From Pristiophorus japonicus (lineage: Eukaryota), in NCBI RefSeq assembly GCF_044704955.1, contig NC_091997.1:65720001-65784000 (forward strand): a DNA stretch of 64,000 bases, read 5' to 3'. The notes under the pieces were generated by a model, which was given only the letters and a program-made list of their open reading frames with translations, did not search any database and had not been told where the DNA came from. Below are positions 1-10,170 of this stretch, one piece after another; positions within the stretch are counted from its first letter, which is position 1; the number at the start of each line of letters is the position of its first letter. The position numbers and the translations under genes are program-made.

Positions 1-285
1 AGCCCCCTCTACACTGTCCCATCAAACACTCCCAGGGCAGGTACAGCACGGGTTAGATACAGAGTAAAGCCCCCTCTACACTGTCCCATCAAACACTCCC
101 AGGGCAGGTACAGCACGGGTTAGATACAGAGTAAAGCTCCCCCTACACTGTCCCATCAAACACTCCCAGGGCAGGTACAGGGGGTTAGATACAGAGTAAA
201 GCCCCCTCTACACTGTCCCATCAAACACTCCCAGGGCAGGTACAGCACGGGTTAGATACAGAGTAAAGCTCCCTCTACACTGTCC
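1..285. repeat. ~67-bp minisatellite (CTACACTGTCCCATCAAACACTCCCAGGGCAGGTACAGCACGGGTTAGATACAGAGTAAAG...)
   Basis: Four or more tandem copies with periods 67/67/65; runs off the window start. Confidence 0.92.
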
Positions 286-418
286 TAACATTGTGCCTCA
301 GCCTCTACCTCAGGAAAGTTTCTCTAACATGACCAGTGCAATACTTTCCATATCCAAGTCTCCCCTGGGCTCACTGAGTGAGTTTGCTCATTTTGTGCTG
401 AAATGAGCTCAAGATCTT

Positions 419-845
419 AGAATCATAGAATGATAGAAACTTACGGCACAGGATGAAGCCATGTGGCTCATCGTGTCTGTACTGGCTGATGAGGGTTTCT
501 CCTCAACTCCTCTCTAATCCTTTTACCAATTACTTTCAATCTATGCCCCCTGGTTATTGACCTCTCTGCTAAGGGAAATAGGTCCTTCCTATCCACTCTA
601 TCTGGGCCCCTCATAATTTTATAGACCTCTATTAAATCTCCCCTCTGCCTCCTCTGTTCCAAAGAAAACAACCCCAGCCTATCCAATCTTTCCTCAAAGC
701 TAAAATTCTCCAGTCCAAGCAATATCCTCGTAAGTCTCCTCTGTACCCTCTCTAGTGCAAACACATCTTTTCTGTAATGTGGTGACCAGAACTGCATGCA
801 GTACTCCAGCTGTGGTCGAACTAATGGTTTATACAGTTCAAGCAT
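419..845 (-). mobile_element. CR1 LINE 3' fragment
   Basis: LVRPQLEYCMQFWSPH...[18 protein letters not shown]...TRGH CR1 ORF2 C-terminus with a TTCTATGA-type tail. Confidence 0.88.
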
Positions 846-929
846 TTTATTTTAACTATGAGGAAAGAGGGGTGTCGGTCGGGGCCTGTGGAATTGAACC
901 CCATAGAGAGAGACAACTAACAAAGAGTT

Positions 930-1380
930 TGAGCTATGGCTCAGTGGGTAGCACTCTCGACTCTGAGTCTGAAAGTTATGGATTCAAGTCCCACTCCAGG
1001 GACTTGAGTACAAAAAAAAATTGAGGCTGACACTCCAGTGCAGTACTGAGGGAGTGCTGCACTGTTGGAGGTGCCATCTTCTGGATGAGAGGTTAAATGG
1101 AGACCCTGTCTGGTCTCTCAGGTGGACATAAAAATCACATGACAAGAGCAGGGAAGGTATCCCTGGTGTCCTGGCCAATATTTATCCCTCAATCAACATT
1201 ACAAAAACAGATTATCTGGTCATTATCACAGTGCTGTTTCTGGAAGCTTGCTGTGTGCAAATTGGCTGCTGCATTTCCTACATTACAACAGACATTACAC
1301 TTCAAAAGTACTTCATTGATGTAAAGCGCTTTGAGACATTCGGTGGTTGTGAAAGGCGCTAAAGAAGTGCAAGTCTTTTT
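930..1380 (+). mobile_element. tRNA-derived DeuSINE (SacSINE1-like)
   Basis: A box TGGCTCAGTGG, B-box-like GATTCAAGTCC, Deu-like core (GTCCTGGCCAATATTTATCCCTC) and an L2-like tail. Confidence 0.75.
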
Positions 1381-1635
1381 CCTTCGGGAGAGCTGGGGAG
1401 GAAATGGGGTTACAAAGCATTTAGATATTGTAGTAATGTTAATCCGAGTCTGTAAACGCAGTGAGATTAGAGCCTGCTCCGACTTGGAACCAGCCATCTG
1501 TTTCTCACACACCAGGGCAGTAAATGCATAGATTAGAGTGGATTAATGTTAATCCAATTTCATTCTGCACTGTGAGGGATGTTTTTACATCTACAATGAA
1601 TTCAGCTAGCTCAATCACTTATTTTCTTCTCTCCT

Positions 1636-2452
1636 GAAGGTGTTGCCTCTCAATGGGGTACAGTCCCTGAAGGTGCTGACTCTCCCTGGGGTACAGTTGC
1701 TGAAGGTGCTGACACTCCCTGGGGTACAGTTCCTGAAGGTGCTGACTCTCCCTGGGGTAAAGTTCCTGAAGGTGCTGACTCTCCCTGGGGTACAGTCCCT
1801 GAAGGTGCTGACTCTCATTGGGGTACAGTTCCTGAAGGTGCTGACTCTCCCTGAGGTACAGTCCCAGAAGGTGCTGACTCTCCCTGGGGTACAGTTCCTG
1901 AAGGTGCTGACTCTCTCTAGGGTACAGTTCCTGAAGGTGCTGACTCTCTGAGGTACAGTCCCTGAAGGTGCTGACTCTCCCCGAGGTATAGTTCCTGAAG
2001 GTGCTGACTCTCACTGGGATACAGTTCCTAAAGACAATGACTCGCCCTGGGGTACAGTCCCTGAAGGTGCTGACTCTCCCCGAGGTACAGTTCCTGAAGG
2101 TGCTGACTCTCCCTGGGGTACAGTCCCTGAAGGTGCTGACTCTCCCTGGGGTACAGTCCCTGAAGGTGCTGACTCTCCCTGGAGTACAGTTCCTGAAGGT
2201 GCTGACTCTCCTTGGGATACAGTTCCTGAAGGTGCTGACTCACTGGGGTACAGTTCCTGAAGGTGCTGACTCTCACTGGGGTACAGTTCCTGAAGGTGCT
2301 GACTCTCCCCAGGGTACAGTTCCTGAAGGTGCTGACTCTCCCTGGAGTACAGTTCCTGAAGGTGCTGACTCTCCCCAGGGTACAGTTCCTGAAGGTGCTG
2401 ACTCTCCCTGGTGTACAGTTCCTGAAGGTGCTGACTCTCACTGGGGCACAGT
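1636..2452. repeat. 33-bp minisatellite A (GGTACAGTTCCTGAAGGTGCTGACTCTCCCTGG)
   Basis: About 24 tandem units, two of them with 2-bp deletions. Confidence 0.95.
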
Positions 2453-3349
2453 TTCCGTGGCCACTGATAACTCGAGTTGTGTACCTTCCTCTGTGGGATG
2501 AGACAGCAAATGCTGGAAAGACTATTTGAGCATCGATGGACCCCGGTGTGGTGTGTTCCTACCTCACCCCACATGCTGGAGCGAGAACCACAGCAAACGC
2601 CCCTCCCTCGCCCTGGGGCGCTGCCCCTAACACCGCAGCGCCCTAATGCTGCATTGGCTGGGACCAGCTCACTCAGTGATTGAAGCTGGGCCTTTCAGTC
2701 TGTCTGCCTGCGCTGGAAGACACACTATCCCATTCAGCCACCAGATGGAGTGAACCAGCCGACGTTAACGAAAGAATTGTCACTGTCATAAACTAGAGAC
2801 TCTACAAAGAAATTAAGAAGTTACACAGAAGTACACAGTATTTACAGCACAGAAACAGGCCATTCAGCCCAACGGGTCTGTGCCGGTGTTTATGCTCCAC
2901 ACAATCCTCCTCCCACCCCTCTTTATCTCACCCTATCAGCATAACCTTCTATTCCTTTCTCCCTCATGTGTTTATCCAGTTTCCCCTTAAATGTTATTGC
3001 TATTCGCCTCAACCCCTCCCTGTGGGAGTGAGTTCCACATTCTCACCACTCTCTGGGTAAAGAAGCTTTTCCTGAATTCCCTATTGGGTTTATTAGTGAC
3101 TATCTTATATTGATGGCCCCTTGTTCTGGGGAAACAAGTGGAAATATCTTCTCTACGCCTACCACAGCATACCCCTTCATCATTTTAAAGACTCCATCAG
3201 GTCCTCAGCTTTCTCCTCTAGAAAAAAGAGCCTCAGCCTGTTCAATCTTTCTTGACAGTTATAACCTCTCAGTTCTGGTATCATCCTTGTAAATCTTTTT
3301 TTTTTGCACCTTCTCCAGTGCCACTTTTTGTAGCATGGAGACCAGAACC

Positions 3350-3930
3350 ACTGGACGTCCCAAAGTGCTTTACAGCCAATGAAGTACTTTTGGAGTGCAG
3401 TCTCTGTTGTAATGTGGGAAACGCGGCAGTCAACTTGCGCACAGCAAGCTCCCACAAACAGTAATATAATAATGACCAAATAATTTGTTTTTAGTGATGA
3501 TGATTGAAGGACAAATATTGGCCAGGACACCGAGGAGAACTCCCCTGCTCTTCTTCGAAATAGTGCCATAGAATCTTTTACGTCCACCTGGGAGGTTAGA
3601 TAGGGCCTCGGTTTAATGTCTCATCCGAAAGATGGCACCTCCGACAATGCAGCGCTCCCTCAGTACTGCCCCTCTGACAATGTGGCACTCCCTCAGTACT
3701 GCCCCTCCGACACTGCGGCGCTCCCTCAGTACTGCCCCTCCGACAGTGCAGCGCTCCCTCAGTACTGCCCCTCCGACAGTGCGGCGTTCCCTCAGTACTA
3801 CCCCTCCGACAGTGCGGCTCTCCCTCAGTACTGTCCCTCCGACAGTGCAGAGCTCCCTCAGTACTGCCCCTCTGAAAATGTGGCGCTCCCTCAGTACTGC
3901 ACTGTGAGTGTCAGCTTGGATTATGGGCTA
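3350..3930 (-). mobile_element. DeuSINE with an internal 33-bp tandem expansion (3637-3903)
   Basis: Reverse-strand SINE body whose segment CCTCCGACAGTGCAGCGCTCCCTCAGTACTGCC is repeated about 8 times. Confidence 0.8.
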
Positions 3931-4389
3931 AACACAGAGAAAGCTAAAAATGTTATGGGTGACAGCAGAACTCAGTGTGACCCTGAACCTCAGAGACCAG
4001 GACACAGCCCCGAGCAGTACATACGGTCACTCTCCACGGATGTTAGGGACAGGATTTCCACTCATGGTCAGTGTCCAGTGACCGCAGCTGGAAAAGGCTT
4101 GCATGCATGGTTGCCTGGCAACGGGATTGGGTTTATCTGGGATGCCAGCTATTATAGGTGTCTCTCTGACACTTATTTAGATGAGATATTAGGGAGTGGC
4201 TGGTGCTGGGGGAGCTGTGCACCAGTACACACCCTCTCTCCATGGTAACTCTCATTTTGACCATTTGTCAATTCCATTATTAGCTCCTCTGGAACATTCC
4301 TCACTTGTTCCCCCTAAGCTCCAAATCCCTCATCCTACTTACACTCCCTTCTCCCTCACTGTATTGAAATCCAGACTCATCGCACCATA

Positions 4390-5104
4390 AAATCATAGAA
4401 ATTTACAGCACAGAAGGAGGCCATTTTGGCCCATCATGTCCGCACCGGCCGGCAAGGAGCTATCCAGCTTAATCCCACTTTCCAGCTCTCGGTCCGTAGC
4501 CCTGTAGGTTACGGCACTTCAAGTGCACATCCAAGTACTTTTTAAATGTGATGAAGGTTTCTGCCTCTACCACCCTTTCAGGCAGTGAGTTCCAGACCCC
4601 CACCGCCCTCTGGGTGAAAAAGGTTCTCCTCAACTTCCCTCTAATCCTTCTACCAATGACTTTAAATCTATGCCCCCTGGTTATTGATCCCTCTGCTAAA
4701 GGAAATAGGTCCTTCCTATCCACTCTAGGCACCTCATAATTTTATACACCTCTATTAAATCTCCCCTCAGCCTCCTCTGTTCCAAAGAAAACAACCCCAG
4801 CCTATCCAATCTTTCCTCGTAGCTAAAATTCTCCAGTCCTGGCAACACCCTCGTAAATCTTCTTTGTACCCTCTCTAGTACAATCATATCTTTCCTGTAA
4901 CGTGGTGACCAGAACTGCACGCAGTACCCCAGCTGTGGCCTAACTAAGTGTTTTATACAGTTCAAGCATGACCTCCCTGCTCTTGTATTCTATGCCTCAG
5001 CTAATAAAGGAAAGTATCCCGAATGCCCTCTTAACCACCTTATCTACCTGTCCTGCTACCTTCAGGGATCTGTGGACATGCACTCCGAGGTCCCTCTGTT
5101 TCTT
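4390..5104 (-). mobile_element. CR1 LINE 3' part
   Basis: ORFs 4469-4732 and 4696-4965 encode the CR1 RT C-terminus ([14 protein letters not shown]); tail near 4390. Confidence 0.88.
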
Positions 5105-5400
5105 GTAAAAAAATGCAACATCCCCACCGACACCTGGGAGTCCCTGGCCAAAGACCGCCCTAAGTGGAGAAAGCGCATCCGGGAGGGCGCTGAGCACCTC
5201 GAGTCTCGTCGCCAAGAGCATGCAGAAAACAAGCACAGGCTGTGGTAGGAGCGTGCGGCAAACCAGTCCCACCCACCCTTTCCTTCAACTACAGTCTGCC
5301 CCACCTGTGACAGACCGTAATTCCCATATTGGACTGTACAGTCACCTAAAAACTCGTTTTTAGAGTGGAAGCAAGTCTCCGAGGGACTGCCTATGATGAT
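5105..5400 (+). mobile_element. RTE (BovB-like) LINE 3' end inserted in CR1
   Basis: KCNIPTDTWESLAKDRPKWRKRIREG..., a C-terminal CxxC...SH motif and an (ATG)n tail; second copy at 57270-57515. Confidence 0.7.
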
Positions 5401-6289
5401 CCTCTACACTTCTCAGCGTCTCTGACTCTAGCCCATTGTTTTCCAAGATTATGGTCTCGTCACCATCCTCTGACCCTTGTTCCTCCTAACCCTTTGTACC
5501 CGATCTCCTCCTCCCTCCTCTCTCCAATCTCGGTGCTGACCCGCACTATGGGTCATTTCACCCAACTGCTCCATGAAGCTGCTCCCCTCCGAGCGCACCA
5601 TCCAGCCCGAGGTCCTCACCTGCGCTCGGACACTGCGCTCACACATTCCTCCACAGGCTGGAGCGGCCCGAGATCAGGGCACCCACAGGTCGAACGCACC
5701 TCGAACAAGCCCCTGACTCCTCGGTAACGGGACATGCAGTCGCGGGAATGCCAACAGCATGCTGCAGTGAAGCACCGCAAAATCCACAATCTTTTCAAAT
5801 TAGACTTCAAACTCCGGTTAACGAGACGCAACTTTCGATGGAAAGGTTTTCTGGCTGGACGCGTTTGTGGTCAGTGAAGATGTGATGTGGACACATCCTG
5901 ATCTTTCAGCTGGAATGTCAAACTATGCCAAACCAGCATTAAAAAGTGATTATCTGCAAATCCTTTGAGGCTCTTTAAACCCGATTAACGGATGGAAATA
6001 GACCTTGGAACAAACACCTTAAAACCCTCACTGCAGCCGTGACCTGGAGGCTGATTAATAGACAACACATGGGAGGAATCGATCCTCAAATCACGTCGTT
6101 CTGCCCCTGGTCTTACTTGCCCCTCCCCCCCCGTCTGTCTGGGCCCCTCCTCCCCCAGTCTGTCTGGCCCCTCCTCCCCCAGTCTGTCTCACGCCTGGAC
6201 AGGAAATTTTCTGGACAACTCCATTTTAAAACCGCATGCACAAGGGGTCCCATCTATGACTTAGACAAGGCAATCTATCTTTTTAAAAT

Positions 6290-7075
6290 TCATTCTCAGT
6301 ATCTCTGGGGTCATTGGTAAGGCCGGCATTTATTGCTCATCCCTCACTGCCTTTGAGAAGGTGGTGGTGAGCCGCCTTCTTGAACCACTGCAGTCTGTGT
6401 GGTGAAGGTGCTCCCACAGTGCTGTTAGGGAGGGAGTTCCAGCATTTTGACCGAGCGACAATGAAGGAACGTCCCATGCGCCTTCTCCTTCTAGGCCGTA
6501 GAGGTCGGGGGTTTGGGAGGTGCTGCAGAAGAAGCCTTGGCGAGTTGCTGCAGTGCATCTTGTAGTTGGTGCACACTGCAGCCACGGTGCGCCAGTGGTG
6601 GAGGGAGTGAAAGTTGAAGGTGGTGGATGGGCTACCAATCAAGCGGGCTGCTTTGTCCTGGATGGTATCAAGCTTCTTGAGTGTTGTTGGAGCTGCACTC
6701 ATCCAGGCAAGTGGAGAGTATACCATCACATTCCTGACTTGTGCCTTGTAGCTGGTGGAGAAGTTGTGGGGAGTCAGTAGTTGAGTCTCTTGCTGCAGAA
6801 TACCCAGTCTCTGACTTGCTCTTGTAGGCATTTATGGTCCAGTTGGGTTTCTGGTCAATGGTGACCCCCAGGATGTTAATGGTGGGAGATTTAGCAATGG
6901 TAATGTTATTGAATGTCATGGGGAGGTGGTTAGACTCTCACTTGTTGTAGATAGTCATTGCTTGGCACTTGTGTGGCACAAATGTTAATGGCCAATTATC
7001 AGTACAATTCTGGATGTTGTCCAGGTCTTGCTGCATGCAGGCATGGACTACTTTATTATCTGAGGAATTGCAAAT
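6290..7075 (-). mobile_element. Decayed non-LTR retrotransposon RT C-terminus (CR1/L2 group)
   Basis: INILGVTIDQK...YKAQVRNVMVYSPLAWMSAAPTTLKKLDTIQDKAARLIG; a related fragment lies on the plus strand at about 25930-26220. Confidence 0.75.
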
Positions 7076-7874
7076 GGATATGCACACATATCTATGATTG
7101 AAAGACTTGCATTTATATAGCACCTTTCACAACCAGTGGACATCTCTTAAATGTTGACAGGCTCTGCTTCAATCACTAACTCCAGTAATGCATGCCACAG
7201 CCTCTCGAACTTCTGTGAAGGATGTTTTTCCTGCTCTCTGTCCTCGGTCTTTACCTTTCATCTTGTACCTCGCTCCCCTTGTCCTAGAACCCTTGATCAC
7301 TAGAAACAGTGTATTTCCATCTCCTAATTTTAAACACTTCGATCAAATCACTTCCCTCTGTTCTAATTTTCTTTCATCATAATTGGAAAATTCCTCAGCC
7401 CACCGACCCTGCATCGTACCCTCTCTAATGCACAATACTCCAGTTGTGGCCTTACTGAGGTTTTATATTATTAATATTTATCCCTTAATCAACATCACTG
7501 AAAAAAACATTATCAGGTCATTATCACATTGCTGTTTGTGGGAGCTTGCTGTGCGCAAATTGACTGCCGCGTTTCCTAAATTACAAGTGACTACACTTCA
7601 AAAGTACTTCATTGGCTGTAAAGCGCTTTGGGACGTCCAGTGGTCATGAAAGGTGCTACAGAAATGCAAGTTTTTTTAATATATAGATTCCTCATGACAG
7701 CCCGACTTTTGTACTCTACCTCTCGCCACAAAACCCAGTGTTCCATCAGCTTTTTTATGGCCTTATCCACTTGAGGCGCCCACTTCTGACAAGGAAAATA
7801 TTCAAGCTCTAGACGCAGTGTCGAGAGGAGCCATGGGACTGATCCTTAGTATTTGACAGACCAAGTCACAAAAA

Positions 7875-8450
7875 CTTGTATTAATATAGCACCTTTAACG
7901 TAGTAAAACGTCTGAAAGCGCTTCACAGGAGTGTTACAAGACAAAAAATAAATTTGACACCGAGCCAGAAAAGAAATTATGGCAGATAACCGAAAGCTTG
8001 GTCAATGAGGTAGGTTTTAAGGAACGTCTTGAAAGAGGAAAGAGAGGTAGAGAGGCGGAGAGGTTTTGGGAGGGAATTCCAGAGCTTGGGGCCCAGGCAG
8101 CTCAAGGCATGGCCACTGATGGTTGAGCGATTATTATCAGGGATGCTCAAGAGGGCAGAATTAGAGGACACAGACATCTCAGGGGGGTCTGGGCCTGGAG
8201 GAGATTACAGAGATAGGGTCGGGGCCATGGAGGGATTTGTAAACCAGGATGAGAATTTTGAAATTGAGGCGTTGCTTAACCAGGAGCCAATGTAGGTCAG
8301 CGAGCACAGGGGTGATGGGTGAGCGGGACTCGGTGCGAGTTAGGACACGGGGCAGTGAGCACAGGGGTGATGGGTGAACGGGACTCGGTGCGAGTTAGGA
8401 CACGAGCAGCCAAGTTTTAGATCATCTCAAAATTTACATAGGGTAGAATG
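7875..8450 (-). mobile_element. L2 LINE 3' end
   Basis: GPKLWNSLPKPLRLSTSLSSFKTFLKTYL L2-type C-terminus; a 55-bp segment is duplicated at about 8300-8410. Confidence 0.75.
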
Positions 8451-8639
8451 TTCGAAAACCAGAGAAACCAGCCTGAATAGGAGGCGACTTTAATAAATGT
8501 ATAAAATAAACAGTGAAGTGGAAAAGGAGAACCCAGAATCTTACATTAAATTGTTAAGAGATTAACCAGGAGTCACGGTTTCAAACTGCTAATAGGCAAA
8601 TTTAGAACTGATATCAGGGAATCCTTCACAGAGAGGTGT

Positions 8640-9505
8640 GAGAACACAAAGCATCTGCAAAGGATATAGTTAGACTAAGGGAGTGGGCAGTAAAGTGTCA
8701 AATGGAGTATAATGTGGGGAAATGTGAGGTTATTCACTTTGGCAGAAAGAATAGAAAAACTGAATATTTTTTAAATGGTGAGAAACTTTTAAATATTGGT
8801 GTTCAGAGATTTGGGTGTATTTGTTCAAGAAACAGAAAGCTCGCATGCAGGTACAGCAAATAATAAGGCAAATGGCACGTTGTCCTTTATTGCAAGGGGG
8901 TTGGAGTATAAGACTAAGGAAGTCTTGCTACTATTCTACAGGGCTTTGGTGAGACCACACCTGGAGTACTGTGCAGTTTTTGTCTCCTTATCTAAGGAAG
9001 GATATACTTGCCTTGGAGGCGGTGCAATGGAGGTTCACAAGATTGATTCCTGGAATGAGAGGGTTGTCTTGTGATGAGAGACTGTGTAGAATGGGCCTAT
9101 ACTCTCTGGAGTTTAGAAGAATGAGAGGTGATCTCATTGAAACATAAAATATTCTGAAGAGGATTGACAGGGTAGATGCTGAGATTGCTTCCCCTGGCTG
9201 GGGAGTCTAGAACCAGGGGGCATAGTCTCAGGATAAGGGGTCGGCCATTTAGGACTGAGATAAGGAAGAATTTCTTCACTCAGAGGGTGGTGAATCTTTG
9301 GAATTCTCTGCCCCAGAGGGCTGTGGATGCTGAGTCTCTGAGTATATTCAAGGCTGAGAAAGATAGATTTTTGGAGTCTAGGAGAATCGAGGGATTTGAA
9401 GATCGGGCGGGAAAGTGGAGATGAGGTCAAAGATCAGCCATGGTCTTATTGAATGGCGGAGCAGGCTCGATGGGCTGTAGGGCCGACTCCTGCTCCTATT
9501 TCTTA
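8640..9505 (+). mobile_element. CR1 LINE 3' part, frameshifted
   Basis: KANGTLSFIARG...LVRPHLEYC...TRGHSLRIRG...[14 protein letters not shown]. Confidence 0.88.
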
Positions 9506-9773
9506 TAATACACGGACTGGACTGAGGGTAGGGGAGGGGGAACGCTGGAATCAAATGGTTGGGTGATGGAATGGTGATCGGAGGCTGGTTTTAGATGAGC
9601 AAAACGACTGTCCCCATCCCCAGTGATTTTGTGTACAAGGAAAGACTGGTGTGGAGCGGTCACCGCAGGCAGGTCTGCGTTACACTCAACATCGCCATGG
9701 AAACCTTCCTCCCCACACTGCAAACACCCCAAAGTTACACAGCGAGGCCAGGTTTGAGTCAGTGAGCTTGGAT

Positions 9774-9779
9774 TTTATT
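9774..9779 (-). terminator. Probable HYPK polyadenylation signal AATAAA
   Basis: tttatt on the plus strand about 300 nt downstream of the HYPK stop codon. Confidence 0.6.
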
Positions 9780-10074
9780 GTTTCAAGTTCTGAGTCCTTT
9801 CAATCTTTTCCGTTTGGAAGGCTGTGCCCATCTTCAGGATTCATCGCTGGGGCACAACGAGAAACTCTTGCACAAGCAAAGCATTCGTTTCACGGAGACC
9901 GCCCCAATCCTACCCCCAAACAGCAGGCAGCGTTAAACAGACACGCCTGCCCAGGTCCCATCCTACTCACGTCTTGCCCCCAGTCTCTTAGCTTTCCTGC
10001 TTTCCTTCTCCCGCCCCCACCCCCCTGCTCCCCCCGAACATCTCCGAGACAGTCCCAAGGAACACTCGATGGCT

Positions 10075-10170
10075 TCAGTCAGTAAGAGCAATCAAGGCTT
10101 CGACGACATTTCCCAGATGCTCCCGGAGACCACGCTCTGCTGCACTTCGAGGAATCTCCATCTCATTCAT
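10075..10170 (-). CDS. HYPK: HYPK coding exon 4 (UBA-like C-terminus, stop TGA)
   Basis: ACAG acceptor after a T-rich tract; MNEMEIPRSAAERGLREHLGNVVEALIALTD*. Confidence 0.93.
   Translation of the reverse strand: MNEMEIPRSAAERGLREHLGNVVEALIALTD

Noticed and set aside
930-1000. tRNA-like A and B boxes (also near 25700, 31600 and 48800)
   Set aside because: These are heads of tRNA-derived SINEs continuous with the SINE body; there is no complete cloverleaf.
1619-2574. Possible coding exon from an acceptor at 2491 reading ESQHLQELYP repeats
   Set aside because: Two 2-bp deletions break the frame, and the flanks are better explained as a SINE remnant from which the array expanded.
3616-4248. 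210-aa ORF with [11 protein letters not shown] repeats
   Set aside because: It is a translation of the DeuSINE-derived 33-bp array plus flanking DNA.
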